DNA from: the human T2T-CHM13v2.0 reference genome, Homo sapiens
Strand: one strand, 5' to 3'
DNA: 64,000 bases
NCBI RefSeq assembly: GCF_009914755.1
Contig: NC_060944.1
Of this stretch, positions 13,880 to 24,165 are shown in pieces; positions within the stretch are counted from its first letter, which is position 1, and each line of letters opens with the position of its first letter. A program made the translations under genes and the position numbers. The notes beneath the pieces are model-generated. The model was given only the letters and a program-made list of their open reading frames with translations, was not told where the DNA came from and did no database searches.

Positions 13880-14108
13880 GGATGGGCTCTGAGCTAGACT
13901 CCCTGGATTTGAATCCTGGCTCTGTGCTTACTACCTGTGCAACCTTGGGTAGGTTGCTTGACTTCTCTGCGCCTGTTGGCTCATGTCTCTGTTGGTAATA
14001 GGAATACTTAAGCCACAGGCCTTTTGTGAGGGCTAAATGGGTTAATACACGTAAAGTTTGCCAGTGCATGACACATAGTAAATACTCAATAAGTATCTGC
14101 TATTATTA
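13880..14108 (+). mobile_element. MIR
   Basis: ctggatttgaatcctggctctg...accttgggtaggttgcttgacttctctg...acacatagtaaatactcaataa. Confidence 0.85.
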
Positions 14109-17090
14109 GAAATTACTAGCCTTTTATCAGTTGGAGGCTTCCTGGAAATTTGACCTTGCGACTTGTCGTAGAAATTTTTCCTGGTGCATCCAAACCATAA
14201 ACAAACAGGATTTTTTTTTTAATCCTCTATGGATAGGACTTACTAAAGAACTAATAAAGAGGGGAGTGGAGGGGTAAACAGAGGCATTCATTACTAACCA
14301 AATTCTCCAAGTTTCCTGGGAAGCAGCAGAGTCAAGAATCTGCCCCAGAGCTTCAGAGAGTTTCTCACTCTGCTTTGAAAAGTGAGGGACCCTATTGTAT
14401 TAGTTGGGGTCACCCTAAAAGGAGATTGAGTCGAGGTCTTGGTTGCAGGAAGTCTAGTTGAGAGGTTGCTCAGCTGCGGGGAGTTTAGTTAGGAGAGGAC
14501 CCCCTACCTTCAGGTAGCACTGGGAGCAGCTGGGAAAAGGGGGGCACAGAAATGGGAGGCAGGTTATTGCTATGGGTGGCTGGGCTGGGAATTGGGGAAT
14601 TTATCACTGACTCCCATTCCACATCGACTGAGGGTGGCTCCTAGCAGCACTTGCTCACCCCCCTTCCAGGCTGCCCCTTTGCCCCGGTGCTGGAAAATGT
14701 CCCTGCAGAGGCTGAGAGGGAGACAGGACTTGGGGTGGGCCGATGTTGGCATGCACGGGAGCTGCCCCATCCAGCCTCAGGTGAATGCAAATGTGGGATG
14801 GAGAATGAAGAGCACCTGGACCCCACATGTCTCCAAACAGACTCATCCTCATGCAGATTGTTTCAGGTGGGCCTCCCTCTGTTGGGAGGAACAGGCCAAC
14901 TGGAGCAGCTCTGCTGATGGGCATATTGCAGGACACAGACTTTGAAAGAGCATGGCAGGGAATGCAGTGCAGCAGGGCCTCGGGAAGGCAATGAGGATCG
15001 GAACACTGAGTGATGCCAAGGAAGACTCTGTGCCTCTCAGGCAACACATCTGCTCCTTCATGCAGCTCTGTCCCCTCTCCCACTCTTCACCCTTCCTCTC
15101 CAAATGAGCTTTCTCTCTTCGCCAGTTCAGGGTCTCACCCACGGTCTCACCCACAACCATGAAGCTCAGCTAACTCAGGCCAGCTCTTGGTGTTGTGATG
15201 GTGAAACCCCAGGAGGTGAAATTTATTAGGCCATCTTGGATGAATCAGCTCTGTGGGGTGGAGGATGCTTGAGTTGGCTGCTCCAGAAGCAGCGCCTGAG
15301 AGGAGACCTGTGGACTATGGGTGCCCCATAAGGGAGCAGGGTAAGCAGAGCAGGACAGGGACACAGGAGTGACAGAGACTGCAAGGGTGAATTTCAAGCA
15401 AAGGCTGCAGCAGGCAGCTTCACCCCATCCTGCAGGGAATTCGGGAGGGCAGGTGACTCCTCAGAGATGTCCCAACCTGAGACTTTCACACCCCTGCGCT
15501 AGCACTGTTGGAGGCCATCCTGGAGGAAAAATAGACTCCCTGGCAACCCTACTGGGTGTGGGCAGGCAAGTGGCTGCAGTTGCTGTAGGGCTGGCCTCTG
15601 AAGAACCATGGGCGAATGCTGTCAAAAGTACACCGAAGCTTTCCACAGGGGCACAGAAATGGTAAAGGGAGCTCAAGGGATCTGGGTAGCACCCACATTA
15701 TCTACTGAGGGCCATGGAGTCAGGGGTTATGGAGCAAGTTGGAAACCAGTGCACAGCTTGGGCCACTATGTCTGCCCCTTCTGTGGGACCCAGGTTGATG
15801 ATGGGTCTAACAGACAGGTGCTGTGAGAAGTCAGACTCTCAAATCAGACAGTGATTCAGGGCACAGCTGGCAATGCAGGAATCAAGCATGTCACACCGCT
15901 TGGTGGCCATCTGCCAGGCATCGATAACTTGATAAAGCTGGGTTTGAAGACTGCTTGTTGATTCGCAGACTTCGCATAAAAATGTCAACACCACCATCTT
16001 CTGTTTCGTGACTTTAAACTCCTTTTGGGTTTAAGGATGTGGTGCCTTCAAAAGTCACCTACAGAAACCACTGAAGTCCCAAGGGTTGTTATAGGTTAGC
16101 TTTGTTGATTTAGAAGGGGGGGTTAGCTTGGGCTGTTGGGGTCAGGAGTGAGCATCCGAGGACACACAGGGGCCCTATTGGAAAAAGGTATCAGCAGAGC
16201 ATATGACCCCAGATTTTTTCTGCTGCAGAGCTGAATTCACTGCAATTGTCAGGGGTTTGCTGAGATGTCAGAAATGAGGACATTTTCTCAAGCTCTTTCT
16301 GAGGTGTGACCACACTTCAGGAAACCTTAAATATATACTGAGAAAAATACTTGTTTTTCCTCCAATTTGTGATTTCCACAAGCCTTAACAACTCCTCACA
16401 GGTCCCACAGGAGGGGGTGAAATTAAGGGTAAGAGATTCCGCCCAGAGCCCGCATGATGCTGTGCTCCCTTCCCTCTGTGCCTCCTTTCCAGGCATTTTC
16501 CGACTGAGTCTCGGCTGCTGGCTCACATCTGAGGGGCCCTGTGTGCTTTGGTGAAGCTCTAACCAGACTCACATCCTCCCACCACAGCCATCATGGGGAG
16601 CTGTACTGGCCACATCTCCTGGGCAGCAGAGTCAGCCACCTAACTGCACCCCTCTCTTCCCCTTGGAGGGCTCAGAGATAACCTCCCCCAACCCCAGCCC
16701 AAAAAGGGGATTTGAGGTGAGCAGAACACAGTTCACACACTACAATGCTCATTCTTTCTGCATCTTAACTCAATGGGACATCCCATTTTCAAGTTGGGTT
16801 AACAGGAATGGACTGAACATTATCTGTTTCCTCAAATATAAAGCTGTCTCTTGGGTAAACTCTATCTCCTTTAGGTTAAACCAGTGGTTCTCAAACTTAG
16901 AGCATTATAGTTGTCTCTAAGGCTTCTTAAGACACATGGCAGAGCCAGCCCCAAGAATTTCAGGGCTGGGCCCTTAGAATATGCCGCCATAAAATGCTGA
17001 TGCTTTGAGATCAGCTGGGTTAAATGGGAAGTTCAGTCTAAACTCTTAAGCAGAGCTTTTTCTCCCTTCTCTCAAAAGGTTCTGCCCTTT

Positions 17091-17446
17091 TAATATGGTT
17101 TGGCTGTGTCCCCATTCAAATCTCAACTTCAATTGTTGTCTCCCAGAATTTCCAGGTGTTGTGGGAGGGACCCAAGCAGAGGTAGCTGAATCATGGGGGC
17201 TGGTCTTTCCCACGTTATTCTCCTGATAGTGAATAAGTCTCATGAGATCTGATGGGTTTATCAGGGGTTTCTACTTTTGCTTCTTCCTCATTTTTCTCTT
17301 GCTGCTGCCACGTAAGAAGTGCCGTTCACCTCCTGCCATGATTCTGAGGCCTCCCCAGCCATGTGGAACTATAAGTCCAATTAAACCTCTTTTTCTTCCC
17401 AGTCTCAGGTATGTCTTTATCAGCACTGTGAAAATGGACTAATACA
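17091..17446 (+). mobile_element. THE1 (THE1A-like) MaLR LTR
   Basis: atatggtttggctgtgtcccca...gaataagtctcatgagatctgatgggtttatcagggg...ccatgattctgaggcctccccagccatgtggaact...ggactaataca. Confidence 0.92.
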
Positions 17447-17601
17447 GTAAACTGGTACCACCAGAGTGGGACGTTGCTAAAAAGATACCCAAAAATGTGG
17501 AAGCGACTTTGGAACTGGGTAACAGGCAGAAGTTGGAACAGTTTGGAGGACTCAGAAGAAGACAGGAAAATGTGGAAAAGCTTGGAACCTCCTAGAGACT
17601 T
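17447..17601 (+). mobile_element. THE1-int 5' stub, abruptly truncated
   Basis: gtaaactggtacc...aagatacccaaaaatgtggaagcgactttggaactgggtaacaggcagaagttggaacagtttggagg directly follows the LTR. Confidence 0.9.
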
Positions 17602-18360
17602 TTAACTCTAACTTGTAGAATGGGAGAAAAAATCTCAAAGCAAGGTGAAGGTGATTTCCAGGAAGCTGCCTGGGATTCTCTGGATGCTTTCTTTGCTTTC
17701 CTTGTAAGGACACATTTTGGGACACTTTTCTGCCCTTGCCACATGCAGAATCGTCTGCTGTAGGTCTTGGCCCTCCTAACTTCCTGATCTGGTCTCTCTC
17801 TCTTAATTTCCCTGCAGACATTTCTCAGGACCTGCTTTCAGAGGCCCATTTGCCTGCAGTGCCTGAACCTCCCAATCCCCATGCCTTTGCCTCCCATGAC
17901 ATGCAAGGCAGCCCATTGCCTCAGTCTGAAGGTCAGTTGCCTTCAGCATTTCTTCAGCAGCGGGACTTTTTCAAGTCTGTTTTAGGTCATTGCTTCCTTG
18001 CACTTCAGCCTGTCAGGGATTCCATCACTGTTGTCCTTCTGTCTTTTAATGCCACCTAGCTGACCTGGCAGGAGCTCATTCTTCTCCTTAAACCACTCCA
18101 GGTGTCTGCACGCCATTTCACACAACAATTGCTTCATTCTGAAGACTTCAGGGATATGGATTTCTCTCTTTGAGGTCTGACAGTGGGGTTACAATGAAAC
18201 CTTAGACACTTTCATCTCTCTTGTTCCTGTGTTTCCAGGAGTTTTGCCACATGTGTTTTCCAGAAGGTGGTATCAGGACTCCTGGGATACTTACCAGGGA
18301 GATCATAACATGTTTGCCTTGCTTCACCATGAAGTTATTCTTCTCCTGATCCACGGCCTC

Positions 18361-18735
18361 TGTTATGGCCTGAAAACTTGTGTCCTCCCAAAATTCAGAT
18401 GGTGAAAACCTACCCTCTAATATGATGGTATTAGGAGGTGGGGTCTTATGGAGGTGATTAGGACTAGATGAGGTCAGGGGGCTAGATCCCTCATGAACAG
18501 GATTAGTGTCCTGATGAAAATCTCAAGCTGTTTCTCTCTACCATGTGAGGACATAGCTAGAACAGCTGTCTGTGAACCAGAAAGCAGCCCTCGCCACATC
18601 ACACACTGAATCTGCCTGTGCCTTGGTCTTGGACTTCCCAGCCTCCAGAATTGTGTTCAGAACTGTGAGAGATTTATGTTTGTAAGCCACTTGGTTTATA
18701 GAATCCTGTTACAGAAGCCTGCATAGACTGAGACA
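18361..18735 (+). mobile_element. MLT1A/MLT1A0-like solo LTR inserted in the KIF15 retrocopy
   Basis: TG...CA ends; tgttatggcctgaa...tgtgtcctcccaaaattca...gatggtattaggaggtgggg...ccatgtgaggaca...tggacttcccagcctccagaa...gactgagaca. Confidence 0.88.
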
Positions 18736-19447
18736 TCTGTCTTCTAGTATAGCATGTGCTGCAGTTCCTGGAGCTGTACTGGGTGCCTCCCTTTTCCCTG
18801 GCAGGCTGGCAGAGTCCAAGTGTCTTCCAGAGCCTCCGGGAAGCATGTTCAGATACTCATGGCATGAGCCAGGTCTTCACAGAGCTCTGTGTCCTCAGAG
18901 TTCTCTCAAAGGTTCCTTTCACTTCTAGAATCTCAACATTCTATCTGCTGGAGCTCGATCGTGCTGTCAGCCAGAGCTCAGGTGCATGTTTGAGACTCAC
19001 ATCCTCCAGGTCTTGCTTCAGTGTCCATTTCTATTTACTCATGGACTGATGATCTTGATTGGCTCCATGAGGTCAGCTACAATCACACTGTTAGCATTTC
19101 TAGACTTCTCCAGAGACCTAGTGACTTTTTCCATGGAAAAGAGACTTTCTTCTTGTGTTTGTACGCTTGCCATCCACTGTTCACACTTGTTTCTTCCCAT
19201 TTCTCTTGCTGTACATCCTAAAGAACACATAAGAATTCTTTAGAATGGGCTTCTTTATCTTCACACAGATTTATTATTGCATTTTTTTCTGCCTCCAAAG
19301 CTCATCCCATACATCAAATCATACAGATCAGACTTCAGAGTTTTATTCTTTGCAGTTTTGAAGGTTTTTGAAAGTCGGTCTATGTCGAATGCCATTCCTT
19401 CTTGTAAATAAGCACAAAACTCCCCTGAAGATCTTCCACCAAAAAAC

Positions 19448-19737
19448 TTTTTTAAAGATGGGGTCCCTTCTGTCACCTAGGCTGGAGTGCATTACTGCAA
19501 TCATAGCTCACTGCAGCCTCCAACTCCTGGGCTCAAGTGATCCTCCTACCTCAGCCTCCTGAATATCTGGGACTATAGGCATGCACCACCACACCCAGGT
19601 GACTTCTTTAAATTTCTTTCAGAGATGGCATCTTGCTACGTTGCCCAGGCTGGTCTCAAACTCCCGGCCCCAAGTGATCCTCCCACCTCGGCCTCTCAAA
19701 GTGCTGAAATTATAAGCATGAGCCCCTACACCCAGCC
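19448..19737 (-). mobile_element. AluJ inserted in the KIF15 retrocopy
   Basis: atcatagctcactgcagcctccaactcctgggctcaagtgatcctcctacctcagcc (AluJ diagnostics), dimeric. Confidence 0.92.
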
Positions 19738-20705
19738 TCATTTCTGATTTTTCTAATATTTGACACTATTTAGTTGAAGCTGTATATGCACATGTCTTAT
19801 AGAAAATGAGTTGGCTTCTTTCTCCCGACTCTGAATGAACTACACCCAGCTCCTTCAAAGTCAGCTTGCCTGCAGAGTTAAACTATAAAGGTTGTATACC
19901 TCTTTTCAGTCGTTCTGAGTTTGAGAACCTCTGAGCTGCATGCCAACTGTGAGGGATGCTGTTGCTGCTGTGTGGTCCGGTCAGTTCTTCCTGATAAGGA
20001 CAATGCCTGCATCTGTGTGAGGACATGTTCCAGTTTATCAATCTGTTGCTGATGCTTTGGCATCTATGATCCTCTTTGTTCAACCTCACCTGATGAGACA
20101 GGTGTTGTTGCCCCTTTTTGAGCCCCTCAGGAATGGTCTCCATAGAGTGCTCACTCATCTCAGGAATGACTTAACTTGATCTAATCATCTTATCATAAGT
20201 TGCCGCTCTGGAATTCTGAGCACAGAACCAAAGCTTTATATTTCAAGGTGTGGTCAGGGACTGCCAAGACTGGTGGGTTGTCAATGGGCTTATAGCCTTA
20301 TAGTCTTATAGCTTATAGTCTTTCTGCACAAATTTTATTTAGCTTAGAAGTTTCTTAGTACTCACAGGCTTTTTGAGTTTAAAGTTACCTTTTGCAAAAA
20401 CTTAAACCCCAACTTGAAGTCTAGTTATTTCTTCCTAATTCTTTGAGTTTTTTATGTGTTTGCTTTGACTCATTCAGCTCTGAATCAGCAGGTGGTGTGC
20501 TTTTAACTTCTCAGTGCTTGTCAGTAAGCCTAGAGTTTTTGGAGCTTTAAGGAAAATCCCTCTTGATGTTTGTCTTTTGTCTGTGCTAGATGTTTCATGA
20601 AAAGCTTTTTCTAGTTTTGCAACAATCTGGGCACCTATTTTTTCAGCTAATTTTATAAGCCTTAGGATGCAAGTCCTCCATCCTCCTCCCTGAGAGAATC
20701 CTGTT

Positions 20706-20920
20706 TGTGGAGGATTCATTCATAAACTCCATCTTAGACGCTGAGCCACCAGGTTGGCTTCTGATTAACCCCTATTCCAGGAAGCCTCTGAGATTTCCAG
20801 TTTATTTATTGTTTCTTGTATAAGAACAGGTCCTTACCATAAATCTTGCTCTTGGGTCAAACAACCCGTATGCTATTGTACTTCAATTGTCCTACACATC
20901 CCTTCTGAACCACATTTTTC
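20706..20920 (+). mobile_element. MER31-like ERV1 LTR, 5' copy (3'-truncated)
   Basis: Starts tgtggagg; directly similar to 23009-23435 (tgattaaccc, ttccaggaagcc, tcaaacaacc, gtcctacaca...cccttctgaacca). Confidence 0.8.
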
Positions 20921-21149
20921 CTGTGTTGGGGTGGCTGAGGAAAAAAAAAAAAAAAGCATGAATTAGGCCCTAAAAACTGCATGCTTTCTTAGCCCTGTTC
21001 CCTAACAGCCTCCACCCTAAATCCAGTAATCTAATGAAGAAACAAACTAGTATCAAACTAAATCAGTCTTTATAACTCTTTTTAAAATAAATGTACGTCT
21101 TTAAAGGAACTCTTCATTTGTAAAGGAATCTCCATCTCTGCACTTAAAC

Positions 21150-21826
21150 CACGATCTAAAGACCTGGAATCAATAGAAGGGAATGTCTGGATTAAGATAA
21201 AGGGTTGTGGAGACCAAGGTTAATCATGCAGATGAAGCCTCCAGGTGGCAGGTTTCGAGCTCTTATCAGACAAAAAAGATGCCAGACTCTTAGTTAATTC
21301 TCTCCTGGACCAGGGAAGAGACCTGGAAAGGAATGGAGATTCTCTACAGAATGTAGATTTTCCCCACAAGAGATAGCTTTGCAGGGCCATTTCAAAACAT
21401 GTCAAATATGATTTGGGATTTAAAAAAAACTTCAATTTCTTTCAGGGCTGGCTATCTGTCATGTGATAGTAGAGTCAGGCTGGAATTTGGTGTCTTACTG
21501 CGACAAAGAGTCTGCTTTGTCAGTCTTAAGATCTGTTTTATTTGGGAGACTGAAGCAAGAGGATCGCTTGAGCCCAGGAGTTTGAGACCAGCCTGAGCAA
21601 CAGAGTGAGACCCCATCTCTATTAAGATAAAAAAAATCTGTAGTAATGTAAATGCTGGTCAGCTGTGCCTGAATTCCAAAAGGAGGAGGGTATAATGAGG
21701 CAGTCCAACCCCCTACTTCCCATTATGGCCTGAAATAGTTTTTCAAATTAACTTTGGAATGTCCTTGGCCCAGGTGAAGGGTCCATCAGTTGGTTAGAGG
21801 TCCTTGAATTTTATTTTTCACTTACA
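21150..21826 (-). mobile_element. MER4-type ERV1 LTR nested in the MER31 provirus remnant
   Basis: Ends ...ggtccatcagttggtt...gaattttatttttcacttaca (reverse complement of the MER4 start TGTAA..AAAATAAAATTC); contains ataaagggttgtggagaccaagg and cctgaattccaaaagg. Confidence 0.8.
21541..21635 (+). mobile_element. 5'-truncated Alu left-monomer (FLAM_C-like) inside the MER4 LTR
   Basis: gaggatcgcttgagcccaggagtttgagaccagcctgagcaac...A tail; flanks atctgtttta (21531-21540) / atctgtagta (21636-21645). Confidence 0.8.
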
Positions 21827-21829
21827 TAT

Positions 21830-23008
21830 ATGATTAATATGATTAACATATATAACATATTAAAGTTAATGTTTCAGATAAACATGTTTATAGAACATGA
21901 AGATACAATTTCCAATTAAAGAAAAAGTCATTTTGTTTAGAGGCTATTTAAAAGTTGTTTCAAAACAAAGGAAAAAAGTGATGAAACTAAATGGATGGAA
22001 AGGAAGGATAAAATGGTGGGAAATGAGAAACCTTTGATTCTTGGGTGACCATGTGGTCACCATGGTATGGAGCTATAGCTGAATTCCATTCAGTTACTAA
22101 GGGTATAAGTTACCAGTGGAACTTAGAGATGGATCAAACTCCCAGGGAATTGACTCACTAGATTCATAAGGAGATGCAAACTAATAGTAAAATATAAAAT
22201 ACTCAATCTCCTGGTTATTATCTATAATAGCTAAAATGAAAATAAAAAGAATGTGCTGCGTTGGGCCTTGAGGATGGACCCAGCTCAGATGTAGGCCTGT
22301 GTGAGCTCAGGTCACTAACTTCAAAGCTCACCATATAGAAAATTATGCCAGAAACAAAACAGCCTCTGAGATCTACGGTTACTGAGAAGGTAGTCTATGT
22401 GGGGGTTGGGCAAAAACAAGTAACTATTGAAACCAGAGGGTATAGTGTGAAGGAGTGTTCCATTTTACAGATTGGTTTCATCAACTTGCTGAGGAACCTT
22501 TACTAAAATGGATTGTGAAAGTCTTTGATTTTTAAGTGCTGCAGAGTAGAAGAGCATGTTTGGGTTGATACAGGACCCACGGCTCACTATTGAACAAACA
22601 CAGCTGGGTGTATATATATGATCCAGATACACAGGTATTCCCAAGAGAACAGCCAGCATGGTAGACCAGATAAAAGCCACTGGATAAAATTGTCTGCCTA
22701 CCTTGAGAAGGGGAACTGTCCAGTTCATTCTATAAATGCCTAGTGGAGCACAACAGATGAAGAAGCTGATATGCTTCACATGCAAGGACTGGCTTTATGA
22801 TAAGCTGAATATTCACCCACTGAATATGTCTATTACCTAGGTCATGGTAAATGCTCTAGTTAAAGGGGGCCCCTTCTGCATGAATGGCTCATTATTGCCC
22901 TTGTACTGCTGCTAAAGCTATACAATATCAGGTACCCTCCCTAAAGGTTCAGGGACCACTGTGGAAGAAGAGGACACATGATAATGTAAGAGCAAATAGG
23001 AGGTAGAG
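21830..23008 (+). mobile_element. ERV1 internal remnant (MER31-int/MER4-group-like), no intact gene
   Basis: Lies between two similar LTRs and ends in a purine-rich PPT-like aaataggaggtagag immediately before the 3' LTR. Confidence 0.6.
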
Positions 23009-23435
23009 TGTGGAGGCCAAAGAACTGCATTTTGGATGCTGATCTGTTGTGTTGGCTTTTGATTAACCCTTGTTCCAGGAAGCCGCTAGGATTTCTAACT
23101 TACCTATCATTCTTTGTTTAAGAGCAATTATTTATTATAAATCCTGCCCTTGGATCAAACAACCTTAACATTATTATACTTCAGATGTCCTACACAACCC
23201 TTCTGAACCATTCATTCCTTATGGTATGTAAGCCTTGGGTCTGGGAGTGATGGCGTGAGGAATCCACCATCTTGTCTCACGGCAATGAGACACAGAGACA
23301 GACACACCTGAGACACAGACATGGCTTCTGTTCATCAGTCCCTTTTTTTTTTTTTTTTTTTTTGAGAAATTGGATTCGTGATCCTCTTCTTCGGCTTCTC
23401 AGATTCCTCAGATTTTTGGGCTGGTTTGTAGAACA
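23009..23435 (+). mobile_element. MER31-like ERV1 LTR, 3' copy, with T-run expansion at 23342-23363
   Basis: tgtggaggccaaag...taagccttgggtctggg...atccaccatcttgtctc...gagacacagacatggcttctgttc...gagaaattggatt...gaaca. Confidence 0.82.
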
Positions 23436-24011
23436 CTCTTAAATTCACCAGGTTAGCTAGGAAGATGTATATCTTAATAATTTCATTGCTCTCCACCATT
23501 GCCTCTGTTGTCATTGTAAAGATAGCAGAAAACATAGAGGATTCTTTATTCATTCTTTCAATGCCTCGTGTTCATCTCACCACTGCCAGGTGGGCTTCCA
23601 GACCACGGTTAACACTGGCCAAACCGCATGCACCACACAGTTTTCCTTCTAACACAGACCAGACAAGGCAGAATCCCACAGGTAGGTTTATAAAAAGGAA
23701 CCTTGATAAGAAAACCCTAGCTCCAGCTTTCTCTTTCCATTGTAACGTAAGAAATACTCAAAACTTTGTGAAATTGCTCCTCATGTCATGAGAAAACGGA
23801 GATGCATCATCATAATGTGCTACTTGCACCAGTCTGTCCAGATGCAAGGATGATGTTGTTACTTATGCAAGATGCCACAGAGCTCCTGGGCACAGGTAAA
23901 CACAGGTATCAGAGTAGTGACCAGAAGGGCCTCAAGGAAAGCACAGATGAGGCTATACATTACAGACTACAGATCAGCTATAGATTTTGTGTCTTCTTCA
24001 CAAAGCTCAGA

Positions 24012-24135
24012 CAGTTCCTCTCTCTTCCTAGTGTGCTGGGAGTTTGTATCACCAGTGAGTGTTGAATGTTATCAAATGCTTTCCTGGGTCCATTTTTCTC
24101 AGCCTGTTGATATGGTGGATTACATTAACTGATTC
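24012..24135 (-). mobile_element. Old L1M ORF2 fragment (continues at ~30965-31185)
   Basis: gtgttgaatgttatcaaatgcttt...gatatggtggattacattaactgatt. Confidence 0.65.
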
Positions 24136-24165
24136 TTTTTCTTTTTATTTAAAGATGGACTCTCA

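Larger units (their letters stand above)
17605..23910 (-). pseudogene. KIF15: Decayed processed pseudogene (retrocopy) of KIF15/kinesin-12; the symbol names the parent gene. Segments ~17605-18360, 18736-19447, 19738-20705 and 23436-23910
   Basis: Minus-strand translations match KIF15 (recalled) in collinear order with no introns. Motor: IILASGQTGASST ~ TIFAYGQTGSGKT (23816-23854); MNKESSMFSAIFTMTTEAMVESNEIIKIYIFLANLVNL ~ MNRESSRSHAVFTITIESMEKSNEIVNIRTSLLNLVDL. Stalk: AQIVAKLEKAF...TEKLKAHHLLIQ ~ AQTIAKLEKAF...TEKLKAQLLQIQ; QQIDKLEHVLTQMQALSLSGRTDRTTQQ ~ QHVDKLEHHSTQMQELFSSERIDWTKQQ; KCEQWMASVQTQEESLFSMEKVTRSLEKSR ~ KCEQQMAKVQKLEESLLATEKVISSLEKSR; LCEDLAHA; THVAKLLETQEQE ~ THLAKLLETQEQE. C-terminus: NVSLQGKQRK ~ NVFLKEKKRS. 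Many stops and frameshifts. Confidence 0.9.

Noticed and set aside
14570-15826. Dense overlapping ORFs in GC-richer sequence
   Set aside because: No recognisable protein. GC content explains the open frames, and parts resemble degraded ERVL/MaLR LTRs that I could not classify confidently.
17183-17193. DUX4 site position in THE1 LTRs (also 40150-40160)
   Set aside because: Both copies deviate from TAATTGAATCA (TAGCTGAATCA; AAATTGAATCA on the minus strand), so DUX4 responsiveness is not supported.
23465-23791. + strand 108-aa ORF with a hydrophobic, signal-peptide-like N-terminus
   Set aside because: It is the antisense reading of the KIF15 retrocopy motor region.
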